A stretch of 63,054 nt of DNA, counting the filler, from Licmophora abbreviata (taxonomy: Eukaryota), in NCBI GenBank assembly GCA_900291995.1. It is 12 parts of 12 records of this genome, joined end to end, with 100 filler letters (N's around TTAATTAATTAA, not from the genome) between each part and the next. Parts side by side here need not be neighbours in the genome. Positions count along the whole stretch, not along the records: positions 1 to 6,076 come from OLMU01002106.1; positions 6,177 to 9,664 come from OLMU01002108.1; positions 9,765 to 11,336 come from OLMU01002109.1; positions 11,437 to 13,714 come from OLMU01002110.1; 8 more parts are not named here. One strand, written 5' to 3'. The notes under the pieces were generated by a model, which had not been told where the DNA came from, ran no database searches, and was given only the letters and a program-made list of their open reading frames with translations. Positions 1-11,724 of the stretch are shown here, in pieces. The translations under genes and the position numbers were made by a program. Position 1 is the stretch's first letter. Every line of letters starts with the position of its first letter.

Positions 1-604
1 CAAAGGCCTTGCGAACATTGCACTCTGCGTCCGAGGTGCAGTAGGTGTCTTGTCCGGTGGTGATGACCCAAATGAACTTTCCGCGGAGGTCTTCAATTTC
101 GGGCCAGCCGTTGGCATCGATGCCCGCCTGAATGGACGCTTCCACGCCCTGCGCATCCGCGGGAGTATACAAGGGTAGTTCGCCAATGATGGAATCGAAA
201 ACTACTGGGTTGTGTGTAGTATTATCGAATCCCCCCTTCAAGTCGACAAAGATGGAGACGACCTGATGATTCGGAAAGTTGTCGTTGAATTCTTGCAAGA
301 GCCTGACGGCAGATCTCATGGTGGCGATGGAGGAGTAGGATTGGAAGTATCCCTTATCATGATAGACCCCAAACTTTCCCGGCTCCTTTTCTAGATGGCA
401 ATCGATCTCGATACTGCGAAGCTGGTGATAAATCATCTGGTCCAACAAGCCTTCACGTCGCTCGTACGAATTGTGGGAGTTTTTCTGTCGGATTTCATTG
501 TATTTCAAGAAGGCTGCGGTAGGATCAGACTGCAGAACAATCGCAGACAAGAGCAGCAGCAACGCGGGAACGTGAGCTAACAAGGAGAAAGGAGACGACG
601 GCAT
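1..604 (-). CDS. Secreted PI-PLC-like phosphodiesterase (Ca2+-dependent PI-PLC type), runs off the window's left edge
   Basis: Absent from the ORF track. Manual translation from ATG 604 gives signal peptide MPSSPFSLLAHVPALLLLLSAIVLQ, then YNEIRQKNSHNSYER, LRSIEIDCH, HQVVSIFVDLK and GWPEIEDLRGKFIWVIT, which match PI-PLC X-domain-like motifs. Confidence 0.75.
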   Translation of the reverse strand, partial: MPSSPFSLLAHVPALLLLLSAIVLQSDPTAAFLKYNEIRQKNSHNSYERREGLLDQMIYHQLRSIEIDCHLEKEPGKFGVYHDKGYFQSYSSIATMRSAVRLLQEFNDNFPNHQVVSIFVDLKGGFDNTTHNPVVFDSIIGELPLYTPADAQGVEASIQAGIDANGWPEIEDLRGKFIWVITTGQDTYCTSDAECNVRKAF

Positions 605-985
605 GGTGGCGACGAGTTATATACGATCAAAGATCTGCTGCCTTTGATCATCTTGATCGCGTGCGCTGGGGCATCGTTCGCAATGTGATGTCCATCGTCA
701 GCTGAGGAGACATCGGTGATAAGTAAATGACGCGCCAGTCGTGGTACCGTTAAGCTGGTGCCCTTCGCTCACCTCTTCCCTCCACTTTCAACTTTTTGAC
801 ACGACACTGTGACCGTGCACCAGCAAAAGGTCCAAAGAAGACACACAGTTCTCATCGCTTGTGTCACAGTTCATCGTACTCGTCGTCGTCGCACTCCCGC
901 TTTCCACCATGCCGTGCTGCTGTACTCGAGAGCGCTCCACCTTGTACGTTTCAGTTTCATTCGAAACGTGTGCTGTGCAACAACA

Positions 986-2294
986 ATGAGTCCATCGTAG
1001 GAAACCACGAACTCACACACACTCTGTTTCTACCATCGCGACCAAACTCAGGCAAATCTTGGCAGCTCTGGCTTCCTTTGCGTTATTTACTTCTATCATT
1101 TCATTGACGTCATGTCGATTCTTTGAAATGCATTTCGTCGAAGAGGGAAATAAGCAAAGCGGTGGCTTGTTCCGACTCCAGTATCGTCACGAAGTATGCT
1201 TGAATTACAAAGATATCCCCGAGCCCATCAGCTTGAACGCCAGTACCGAGGTAGCGAGAGCCTTTGGAGTCATGGCCGCCATCTTTGGAGCCTTCGGGCT
1301 CTTCATTGTCTTTGGCATGCAGTGCCTGATGCCTCCACGTGGTCTCTGGAGGACCTTGGCCCTCGTCTACCTCTGTGCCTTCTTTTGCCAATCGCTACCT
1401 TTTGGTATACAAGCAAGTCCTCGACGGCGCGTGTTCCCAGGATGGCGTTGATTGTTCCATGGGTATTGCCAGTATCTACTCCATCCTTGCTACTTGCCTC
1501 TACCTACTCATGGGACTCGCGCTCTTGTTTCTTCTTCCGCCGCCCGTGGCCACTGCCTACAACTGCCCTCGATTGTCCAAGGGGATCCGCCAAGTTGTTA
1601 CATGGACGGGCATTACGAAAAAGAGGAGCCTCCAGCAGAATCTCCAATCTCTCGGCTTGAAACAGTATGCTCTTTTGCTAGTCAGCTTGACGGCGTTGGC
1701 TTTTTCTTTTGCAGTTCTCTTCGACTGCCGCTTCTTTGAAGTTAACACACAGGGAGTACTTGGAAGAGCGGTCTCTTCGGCTACTTGTATACTGCAACTG
1801 ACTCCTGCCGCCTGTATGAATACGGAAGTCGCAGCTCCTTTGACACCTCCACCAAGGCCGCACAAGCCTTTGCCGTCTTGGCGGTTGTATTTGGAGGCAT
1901 CTTGTGTATTCTACTTTGGAGCATGCTGCTGGTCTTTGACTTTCCGAAATTTACCTACAAGATTCTATGGCTGCTTGCTTTTTGGGGTGGAGTATCTCAA
2001 GCTCTCACTTTTCTGCTCATGAAGGAAGCGAACGACAAGATCTGTGGAGTCGCATCGCAGAGTTGCAGTTTGGCGGTTGACGGTATCCTCGCTGCCATTG
2101 CAACGCCGCTCTACCTCCTCATGGTTCCGGTTGCCTGCAGCGGCAAGGTAGTGAAGCGGAGTGAGGAGGATGAGGATGGTGAGGATGAGATGGACGGCGA
2201 TCTTGTGAAAGACAATGAGCATGCGGCGGCGGACGAAGAGGCGGTGGTAGATTCGGAAACACCATCATACGACGACGGCGAAAAAGAGGCGTAG
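986..2294 (+). pseudogene. Membrane protein with two tandem 4-TM (claudin/PMP22-like) units, broken by about 3 frameshifts (pseudogene or assembly error)
   Basis: Coding sense moves across ORFs 1059-1451, 1339-2022 and 1785-2294, with shifts near 992, 1398 and 1767. The two units share CRFFE..GLF....C..Y....ST..A.AF.V.A..FG. The C-terminal tail is acidic. Confidence 0.55.
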
Positions 2295-2625
2295 CGCATC
2301 TCACCCGTCCCAGCGCAAGGGCGGGCTGGCTGGCTGTAGGGATATATGTTAAGGTAGCGCAACGGTTATAGAAATGGAAAACTGATTAGTGAACCTTGAG
2401 AATCGGTGCTTTGGTTTGACGAGTGGGAGAAGTATGATGTTGAATGTATCGTCGAGAACCCGTAACCCTAACTTCGTCGTGGTCCAGGCAGGGGAATCGG
2501 GAACTTCCCTTCATCATGAAATAATTCAACCGCAAAGCGGCTTCGTTACGTGCGATGACGACCATGGCAGTGTGTAGTGTGTCGTCGTGAACTTACTTCA
2601 CAATCAGAGTTCACTGCCGCTTGCA

Positions 2626-3889
2626 ATGCCTGTTGTTGATAGTGTGGATGGATATGGCACTATGGGCGAGGCGGAAGAGATCAATTTCATGACAAAGGAC
2701 GACAGCACCGGTTTTCTGTTGCAACGGAGTTTGATGGATGATGGTGATGGTGATGGGGTCGCCATCATCGACGACAATGGCGGGTTCCTCCGCAGCAACA
2801 AGAAACGTCGTCGTGGTCACAGCATGAAAGGGATCGTTGTCTCTTGTCTCGTTATGGCATCTGTTTCGCTCTTGGTGGTATTCTTCCGATCCATGTCTCC
2901 GTCAAAGCCTCCATCACCGCTAGTAGAAGAGCAAATCCTAGGATTGAAGCCTACTACTGCTACTCTGCCACCCGCGGATCAAACGTGGAGTCATGCTGCC
3001 AATACGAAAGAATTATTAAGCAACGCTTTGCAAGATCCGACCGTTACTGCCATTGAAATGGACCTTCTCATGGGATATGATACGGGCGTAGATCCCCTCC
3101 ACCAACAACCGAGGATACCCATCTGCTCTCACCCTCCCGAGACGGACAGCGACCTTTCCGTGTCGACCGTGATTGACATGATGACGAGTGTCCAGTCAAA
3201 CACTACCGTGCTGCACAAACACCTCAAGCTGGATTTCAAAGAGCTGCGAGTCGTCGAACCAGCGCTGGAACTCTTTGCGAACAAGCTTTCCTCCCAAAAG
3301 CGATTCGCGAGAGACCATCACGTCGTGTGGGCAAACGCTGATATACTACCAGGTCCTGGTCACAGGGAGGGTGCCAATTTCGACGCCGATGCCTTTATCA
3401 GTGCCTGCCTACGCGCCATGGACAAGAACCAGCAGCTCCCAGTGGCCTTTTCGCTGGGTTTTAGGATTGAGTATACGTCCGAGACTGGATACACGAAAGA
3501 GGACCTCGACAGTATGACGGCTCTGATTTACAAGTACAATGTCATGGAACGATCGGCAGGTAAGACGAAGACTAGTACGCGTGTGTGTATCATCACTATC
3601 TCTTGATTGCCATTTTCTCGTTTCTAACTCGTGATCACCAACATCTCATGTACATTCATGACCAACTGATGGTATAGGCGTTGTCCTTGCTATCAACGCA
3701 CGTGTATTGGCAAAGGACATGGTCCCATTCGATACGTTTCTCGAAGAATTTCCATCGGCGCAGATACTCGTCTGGACAGGGTCGGGGGAACCCCCGATAT
3801 CAAGGCGTATGGTGAATGCCATTAAGCGTCACTTTGAGGGAACGACCGCAGGTGCCAGAGTTGGGTTTGACTGTAAAATTGAAGAATAG
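2626..3889 (+). CDS. FAM151/Menorin-like (DUF2181) type II membrane protein
   Basis: Motifs TWSHAANT, AIEMD, HPPETDSDLS, KLDFKE and VWANADILPGPG follow an N-terminal TM helix. A GT-AG intron at 3560-3677 joins in frame to ORF 3707-3889. Confidence 0.8.
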
Positions 3890-3967
3890 AGGAGTAAATC
3901 CAACCATGAAGTACAACCAACTTTTGTGTATAACTACTTGTTCATACTATATATCGATTATCCCCGG

Positions 3968-6076
3968 CTAGTTTCGTGACGAAGGGTCGAGTAAACATCT
4001 ATACGAGTCCCCACAAACGAGGCGGTTCCAAAAAATGACGTTGCCTGCGAGCTCTGTCAGCTCCAAGGCCAAGCTCTCTGGCGGCAAAAGCATGTGAGTG
4101 ATGAAGATTTGTGAGCAAACAGCCGAAATGGCGAGGGACAAAAGGCACATGAAGCAGTCATACCTTGAAATTTAATACCACTGCTTCCGAGGCGGCGGCA
4201 CATGGACTGGATATCGCTTACGGCTATCAACTGTTCGCCAAGACACATCGACAGAGTGTGAGCAGAGCCAAACGGCCCACAAGATAACGCGTCAGCTGGC
4301 ACAAACAGCGTACCTTTTGAAGAATAGGCTGCGGCATGCAATAGGGAATTCCCATAAATACCTGGGAGAGCTCTGGCGATCGGTACGCGAGTATCTGCAA
4401 AAAGCAAATCCCACGCCTCCTTTCCAGTGCCGTCAAGGTCCCCGACGACCGGAACGTTGTGTCAAAAGGATGCATCCCTTCGTTCAAGTCTGGCAGTCCG
4501 GCATCGAATGAGTCGGTTATCGAAAAGCCCCGGACGTTTATTTCTTCATTCGGAGCTGCGTCCGTCGCACCGGGCAGGCGAATGCCGCTTTTCCAGTCAG
4601 CCTGAATTTTTTATGAAGCATAGACACTGTAAGACGAGGAGGAACATCAAGGTCGTACAAACCAGCAGCAGTCGATACGTACCCAACTAGCGTAATCTGT
4701 CGGAGGAGTCAAGTTGGCGGCTGCACACGCTTCCACGAAGCCCCCTGCCTCCAAACACTCGTCGATAAGATCCATCGTGGAGCTCACCGCGACGTCTGTA
4801 TCCACAGAACACTGGTTACGAAGCATGGCGCATCTCTTCTCTCGCAAATCCGGCAATGGCAAGTACGAAGCGATCAATTCTACCATGGGCTGCGGCAACG
4901 TCATGGCACCGCGCAAGGCGGACTTACCGGGCGTATTAGGGTAGACTTCCTCCCAGATATCCGGTCTATTCGCAATATCATGAAGAGACACATTGCGTTC
5001 CTTGGAGTCTCGTACCCAGGCACGTTCCTGCTGTAAAAGAGTCCACATTTGCACCATGGTATGGTTTCGCTCAACTCGTGTCGCTCGCTTCATGATTGCC
5101 ACCTGAATTTCGGGAGAGAGTATCTGGACGATGTCGTCCGCTTGTTGCAAGGCCGCTCCCTGTGCGGCTGGATCCCCTCCACGTTGCATGCTTCTTAGTC
5201 TCTTCAAGGCAACCTGACGCGCTGTACGAGCACGAGTGTCCTGAAGCTCCAAGTCGCAACCAGCTCCCAAAAGTACTTTGACAACGCCACAATGACCTCG
5301 TTTACAAGCCAGTATGAGTGCTGTCGATTGCGCTGTCGCCGTTCTGGCCTCAAGATCTGCTCGGTGTCGTACCAGTAGCTGTACCACGTCCGCATGTCCT
5401 CGCTGGGCGGCAAGCATCAAGGGAGTCATCCATTCCCTGTTGTGGCGGTTCACGTCGGCGCCGTGTATGAGCAGTAGCGAACATATCTTTCGGTGTCCTT
5501 CCTGACTCGCTCGCATGAGCGGTGTTGTGTGATGCTCATTTGCCTTGTCAATTCGAGTCTCGTCCATCTTGATGCGTCAATAGCAGCTTCACGATGGGCA
5601 GGTGACCAAAGTGCGCTGCCTGCAGCAGTGCCGTCGATCCCTTCAAAGCCTTGTGCTTGATGTTGGCCCCCTTAAGCAACAAGGCCTCGACTACCTCCAA
5701 CAATCCTTTCTGACATGCAATCATGAGAGGAGTGACACCCTTCATGTTTTCAGCTTGGACGTCAGCTCCGAGCTCGATCAATCGCAGAGCTGCGTCAATC
5801 GATCCCTCACGAATACACACATGCAGAGCCGTACTGCGATCGTCTCCAAACAAGTGTGATGGATTCTGGACGCCAGAAGTCTGCGACGATGCGTCCTCAC
5901 GAGGGAGCTCAGCAAAGACAAACGGAATCCGTAATCTACTCAGCGGTTGTTCTAGGCGCTCGGTGGCTATACCTCGAATCAATGGATGAAGATCTGGAAA
6001 CGGATTGACATCCGCTCGAGGTTGAGGCAGAGGCTCCGGAGGCTGAAAGCCTTGAAAGATATCGTTTGAAAGAAGC
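3968..6076 (-). CDS. Ankyrin repeat protein (5' end in gap, frameshift near 5562, 3' introns)
   Basis: Repeats TALHVCI, TPLMIAC, TALLQAA, TPLMRAS, TPLMLAA and TALILAC lie in ORFs 5548-5982 and 4647-5567. 3' exons are inferred via GT-AG introns through ORFs 4227-4487, 4057-4407 and 3968-4150. Confidence 0.75.
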
Positions 6077-6176
6077 NNNNNNNNNNNNNNNNNNNNNNNN
6101 NNNNNNNNNNNNNNNNNNNNTTAATTAATTAANNNNNNNNNNNNNNNNNNNNNNNNNNNNNNNNNNNNNNNNNNNN
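6077..6176. other. Artificial scaffold linker (N44-TTAATTAATTAA-N44); 11 copies in the window
   Basis: The identical six-frame-stop linker also starts at about 9665, 11337, 13715, 21308, 33511, 36611, 38021, 44895, 59103 and 60731. Confidence 0.97.
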
Positions 6177-6653
6177 ATGCCACTGTAAATCAATTCGGGT
6201 ACGTATACCTTTCGCCCTGTGGTTGACGTCGCGCCTGGCCTGCAGCCGCACGGGCTCAATATTCCGAGAAAGCTCGCGCTGTTATCATAATCGTAACAAG
6301 CCCTCATATTCAAAGCGACCAGATAATCTTGCGCGTGATCTACCATGATATTGCGAAAGGGACATGTTGACTTCTCATATTAGGTCGCCATGAGCACTTA
6401 CAGATTCCCCATGGGACGAGCTTCTAAGCGAAAGGTTGTGAAAACGTTTGTACACTTTCACTCGTGCATGAGGCCATATCGTAGCTAGACCCCAGAAACA
6501 GCACCTGAAAACGGTATCCATCGACACAACATGAGGCGAACCTTTGATACATTACGGAAGTTATTGTATTCTTAATAACCTTTATCTGGTAAAAGAGGCG
6601 GCCGAAGGCTCAACGTCTGCTGCTCTAGGAAGCCCTGTGTTGCTTGAATCATT

Positions 6654-7193
6654 TTAACGTCCATAATGAGCCGTCAGGAAGGCTCGTCCCACCACTCCTA
6701 CCCCAAACATGTTGAAATGACAGACCGCAGGAGATGTGTTCGCATCGATCGGTAGATGTTCCACAGGAAGCGCCGTCACACAAAACTGATACCGGTGCGT
6801 GCCATGGCCCGGCGGCGGCGCCGCCCCACAAAATCCCGCAAAACCAGCATCGTTCTTCAAGAGCTTGGCGCCCGCCGGGAGAGGATCCGCTCCCGTATCC
6901 AGCGATGTGACGCTCGCGGGTACATCATACAGGACCCAGTGCCAAAAGCCACTGACGGTGGGAGCATCCGGGTCGTAGCAAGTCACGACGAAACTCTTGG
7001 TGGTATCGGAAGGAAAGCCGCTCCAGCTCAACTGAGGAGATCTATCTTCACCTCCCTCGACACCGAAGGCTTTCGAAAGCTGCGGGGGTGGCATGGTCCC
7101 ACCTTCCGTTATATCGGTGGAGGTGAGGGTGAAGGACGGTGCCGACGGAAGGGACGCGTACGTATTGTAAGAGAAGGGCGCGCTGGAAGACAT
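6654..7193 (-). CDS. YbhB/YbcL-family (PEBP/Raf kinase inhibitor-like) protein
   Basis: SPQLSWSGFP, TKSFVVTCYDPDAPTVSGFWHW and GAAPPPGHGTHRYQF. Intronless. Confidence 0.9.
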   Translation of the reverse strand: MSSSAPFSYNTYASLPSAPSFTLTSTDITEGGTMPPPQLSKAFGVEGGEDRSPQLSWSGFPSDTTKSFVVTCYDPDAPTVSGFWHWVLYDVPASVTSLDTGADPLPAGAKLLKNDAGFAGFCGAAPPPGHGTHRYQFCVTALPVEHLPIDANTSPAVCHFNMFGVGVVGRAFLTAHYGR

Positions 7194-7527
7194 GCTGGTT
7201 TTCTTTTTTCGTGATCTTGCCAATGAAAGGTGCTGCAGATTGCTGGTTTGTAGCAGTGGCCAGCTTCGGAAAAGTAATGCAGAGGCGTGGAGTACTCTAC
7301 AAGAAAGTGTTGGACATGCCGCGAAGGAGAATCTTCATGGTCATGCGGACGAACTTCGTGCCGATGTTCATGTGGATTTTCCAAGAAAAGATATACCTCC
7401 GGGTGTGTTTCAGTCTCTCGCTTTTTCGACCGCATTCTTGGTCGCTCCATGACGACGAGAGACGTTGATCACGATCGTCACTTTCGCTCTTGCCTGTGCT
7501 TCACCCTTTCGTCTTGTTCCTATCACC

Positions 7528-7938
7528 ATGTCAGATTCGAAGATTCCAGTGATGCGCACTCCCGCAGATGCCATGGACGTGGGTCCGAACGGCAGCAATC
7601 TCGCCGCCGCGGCCACACAGCGCCACGCCGTGGATGTCTTGCAGCGTCATCCGAGCACTGCGACTGGAGGCTCCATGCGCGGATTCCTCGACCTCGATGG
7701 GGTGCGTCGTCTGTATGGAAGTGGATTGGCAATGACGCTTGCCACGGAACGTCAGTATGCATCGTCCAATGGAGGACGATTGCCTGGGATGGAGAATCAG
7801 TCGAATCTCTTGTTGGACACTGTCACGGGCAATGATGTCACTTTGGGCTTTGAAGATGTCTTGAGTCTTCCGGAAGAATCGCCTGTGGCTCGTATTCGAA
7901 GTCCTCATGCTGCCATGGAGACCAAGTTGGGATTTTAA
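7528..7938 (+). CDS. UMP1: Proteasome maturation factor UMP1/POMP
   Basis: VRRLYGSGLAMTLATE, RLPG, SNLLLDTVTGNDVTLGFEDVL and C-terminal PHAAMETKLG. Confidence 0.85.
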   Translation: MSDSKIPVMRTPADAMDVGPNGSNLAAAATQRHAVDVLQRHPSTATGGSMRGFLDLDGVRRLYGSGLAMTLATERQYASSNGGRLPGMENQSNLLLDTVTGNDVTLGFEDVLSLPEESPVARIRSPHAAMETKLGF

Positions 7939-8106
7939 CAATCATTTCTGGCGTGGTACATTGAGAGCCTGGGATACGATGGATCGACGCAAGCATCGAA
8001 ACTAACGAAACGATCGATACTTTGGTTTTAAGTAAGAAGACTCTACTAAAATTGCAGGTGTATGGCAACAGGAATCTTAACTTGATTCATCATAGGCTAC
8101 ATGTCC

Positions 8107-9664
8107 TTAGCATTTCTGTAGCGCCTGCTTTACTTCTTCCTCCAGAGACACGTCGCTTGCCTGCTCCGCCTCGGTTTGTCGTACAGCAACGTAGGCGTGA
8201 CCCAGTGTTGGACCCATCAAGGCCATCAAGAAGGTACTGTCGCGTAGACACTGCAAGCTCTCCATCAGTGTACTCGGTAACGCATCACCGTCACTTCTAC
8301 TATCAGCACATGATGATGACAAGGGCGGTCGCAACGACAGTCGTTGGACAATGCCATTCAATCCGCATCCGAGAATACACGCCAAACATAAATACAGATT
8401 CGCCGTATTGTCGCAAACTTTGTACTCCACGTTTGAGAATTCTTGACTATTCGCAGGATCGACGCAAACACGCAAGGGCGACTCCTTGTCTTCGACGGCC
8501 CATCCAATCCTACTTCCTGTCCAACATCCCGGACCGACGCGTCGAAACGAGTTCTGTGTTGGCATTGAGACGGCGAGGAGTGCAGGAAGGTGTTGCAGGA
8601 TACCTTCGAGAAACGACTTGCCCTCAGCACTGACTTCATTGGGCAGGTTGGCGTGGGGGAAAGCATTGTTCTTGTTCATCGGAGTGCCGCTGGTTCGTCG
8701 GAAAGACAAGTGCAAGTGACAGCCACTGCCCGCCTGGTCGGAGAATACCTTGGGCAAAAAGACGGCGCGACGCTGGTGGGCTGTTGCAACCGCAAGAATG
8801 GTTTCGCGTGCCAATACCACGTGATCGACGAGTACCAAGGGATCCTTTTGATACTCTAGCACCACTTCCAGCTGTCCAGAGGCGGACTCGGCGTGTATTT
8901 GCGACACAGAAATGTGCTGCTGACATAGTTGGGTGTACAAGTCGGATATGAAAGACTCTTGTTGATTGAGTGTGGTGGCGTTTCCAAAGACGGATTGATC
9001 GACAGGATCATTGGAGGAGGAATCAAAGATACAAAACTCGAGTTCCGCACCGACGTTCTGGGATAGACAACAATAATGCAAAGGGAGGAGAGTGGTGTGA
9101 GAAAGGCGATTCCTTTGAGCGCCGAGAACGAAACCAAGCCGATGGCACGACACTAATGACGACTCACAAAGGCAATGCCATAGTCCTCTTCTGCAGTCTT
9201 TATCACTCGTTCTAGTAATCCCCGCGTACACAGCGGACTGAGAGACGCATCCTCTCGACCGACTTCATGAGCTGCCCCCATCACGACTGCTGTCTTGGGA
9301 GCGTATGGGAGCACACGTAGGGTGCCGAGGTCGGGATGAAGCGTCAAGACCTTTCGTGCATCCAGCCCCGTTTCCTGCACAATGGAATCTCCGTAAATCG
9401 GCAGACCGGCAAAGCACACTTCCGCAATCGCCACAACGTGATGTATTAAGTCACTATCTTTGATCAAGTTCTCTAATGGAACGGCCTTGCATCGAATCGA
9501 GTTGTACGCGTCAACTGCCATGAAGCGCACAAACTGAATGCCCGCAAACTGTAGCGCGCGGAGTAAAGCAATAGAAGTCGATGCATCTCGACTTCGAGAA
9601 AAATCTGCGGAAAGGCTGTAGTCGGCGACCGACGCAATGCAAATATCTGGTTTGTCATCCATCA
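8107..9664 (-). CDS. Glutamine synthetase type I-like gamma-glutamyl ligase domain (FluG/NodGS-like); probably the C-terminal part of the gene at 9764-10908
   Basis: FVRFMAVD..NSIRCKAVP, PDLGTLRVLPY, VGAELEF, HAESASGQLE, FLPK, GSGCHLHLS, NSFRR and NVEYKVCD. An intron at 9058-9167 joins ORFs 9153-9662 and 8107-9231. Confidence 0.85.
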
Positions 9665-9763
9665 NNNNNNNNNNNNNNNNNNNNNNNNNNNNNNNNNNNN
9701 NNNNNNNNTTAATTAATTAANNNNNNNNNNNNNNNNNNNNNNNNNNNNNNNNNNNNNNNNNNN

Positions 9764-10908
9764 NGAGGCACAACACGCATCAGCAATTGCTCCACCTGCG
9801 GATTTCGTAATTCTTCCAGCACTTGTTGCGTCGAACGTATCCGCGAAAAGCCCCTCATGCCACTCAATCCCTTGGCGTGAGACTCTTCGCTCTGAGCGGC
9901 GCAGGCGTCCTCCACAACCGTCACGAAATATCCCAAATCGGCAGCATCCCGCACGGCACTCTCGACACATTGATCTGTGAGTTGACCACAAATTACAAGC
10001 TGTTCGATATGCATATTTTGCAAGACGTAATGAAGATTCGTTGATATAAACACCGAACACGATGTCTTTGGGATCAAGATATCACCCTTGCCATCTCCCG
10101 GCTGCGGTGTCAGGGCCGGCAGAAAAGTAGCTGGACTGACGGGTGACGTCGGTAGGTGTGCAAGCTGTGGCCCTGATAGTTTGTAGTCGAGCGATACATC
10201 GCGACAGTCTACTGTGAGTGCCTCGAGATAGCTGAAAATCACCTCGCACCCCTGTTCCAAGGCATCTCGTTGAGGTCTCATTTGTTCCAAAAATTTCGAC
10301 ACATTAGACACAACACGAGGCAGAGATATTCGAAACAGGTACACATTCCTCTCTTCTTGTTCTGCGGAGCTCGGAGCTGATAAGAAGTCTTGAATATCGA
10401 TAATGAGCAACGCGACCTTGCTGGGAACGAGGGTGAAATCGGCACGGTTCGAAACTCCAGGCTGAACGCTTTCTCGCAGAGTCGAGACGACAGTTTTCAG
10501 TGTTGATGAACTAATGGAACTAGGAGGAGGGACCAAGTCCCGCAACGTCTTAGGCTCGTCTTTGTCACCGCCTTGAGCCCCTCCCGAACTCAAACTGGGT
10601 GGCGCTGGTGATGAGTCCATCTCATCTGTCGGTATTGTGTCAGTTTCGTCGTCGTCGTCGTGCACATTGCTGTCAATACTACTGGACGATTTTAACATTG
10701 CATTCGCCGTATTATCAATTTTTGGAGTCGATGGACGTGGAGAAATCTCGGAAGCTATCAGTTCACCTTTGAATGGCGTTGAAAAGACATCAGGAAAGTG
10801 CACATTGCTCATCTCCGCGCTGCTACGATCAGTAGCTTCGCTCACAAACACTACTTCGCCGTCTTCGACGTCAACGTTAGAGAATGCCGATATTGCCGAC
10901 GAATCCAT
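9764..10908 (-). CDS. Isochorismatase-family cysteine hydrolase domain with a low-complexity N-terminus; open into the gap
   Basis: The catalytic D-K-C triad is visible in ALLIIDIQD, PKTSCSVF and GQLTDQCVESAVRDAADLGY. Also RDVSLDYKLSG. No stop codon occurs before the gap. Confidence 0.85.
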
Positions 10909-11104
10909 GCTTCATAGAACTCACGTGGAGTGGTGTGGATATTCCGTAGGGTACAGATCGCGGATTGCCGTGCAAGTCAATCGCCATATCGAATCGCTCC
11001 ATCATGGTCGTCGCCGGCGGCGTCTCGTCGCGGTCTCACATTGCGTAAAAAAATTGAAATCCGGGTCTTTCCCCGCCCCCTCCGAAACCCGAGCGTACGG
11101 ATCG

Positions 11105-11677
11105 TGCTATTCACTAAAATCTATGTCTAAACAGATGACCTTCGCAAGCTGAAAATTGCGCGCGAAGGGCGAGTTCTCAAATTGAAAATCGAACTGACAC
11201 ATTGCACAACATTATCCGCGACATCTCGACATCTCTGTACATCAGCATCATCGACAATAACGAGGTGAGTACGGCGCAAGGGGGCTGATCCTCACCGCAA
11301 CAGCAGCTTCGAACTGAAACCCTCTCTAAAGATTCTNNNNNNNNNNNNNNNNNNNNNNNNNNNNNNNNNNNNNNNNNNNNTTAATTAATTAANNNNNNNN
11401 NNNNNNNNNNNNNNNNNNNNNNNNNNNNNNNNNNNNGTGCTATTCACTAGAATCTATGTCTAAACAGATGACCTTCGCAAGCTGAAAATTGCGCGCGAAG
11501 GGCGAGTTCTCAAATTGAAAGCCGATTGACACATTGCACAACATTATCCGCGACATCTCGACATCTCGACATCTCTGTACATCAGCATCATCGACAATAA
11601 CGAGGTGAGTACGACGCAAGGGGGCTGATCCTTCTCACCGCAACAGCAGCTTCGAACTGAAACCCTCTGTAAAGATT
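11105..11677. repeat. About 235-bp near-identical duplication either side of a gap (allelic haplotype overlap)
   Basis: 11105-11336 matches about 11436-11677 with a few SNPs and small indels, including an extra ACATCTCG unit. Confidence 0.85.
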
Positions 11678-11724
11678 CTTCCGCCTCTCTGTTGTTGCGT
11701 CCGGCAGCTCACTTTTTCGAAACC

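Noticed and set aside
6121..6132. Recurrent TTAATTAATTAA motif (11 copies) as a biological repeat or CRISPR-like array
   Set aside because: It is always centred in N-runs of fixed length, so it is an artificial six-frame stop linker.
11105..11677. Direct repeats flanking a gap as LTRs or a mobile element
   Set aside because: There are no TG..CA ends, TSD or transposase. The pattern fits overlap of two haplotypes.
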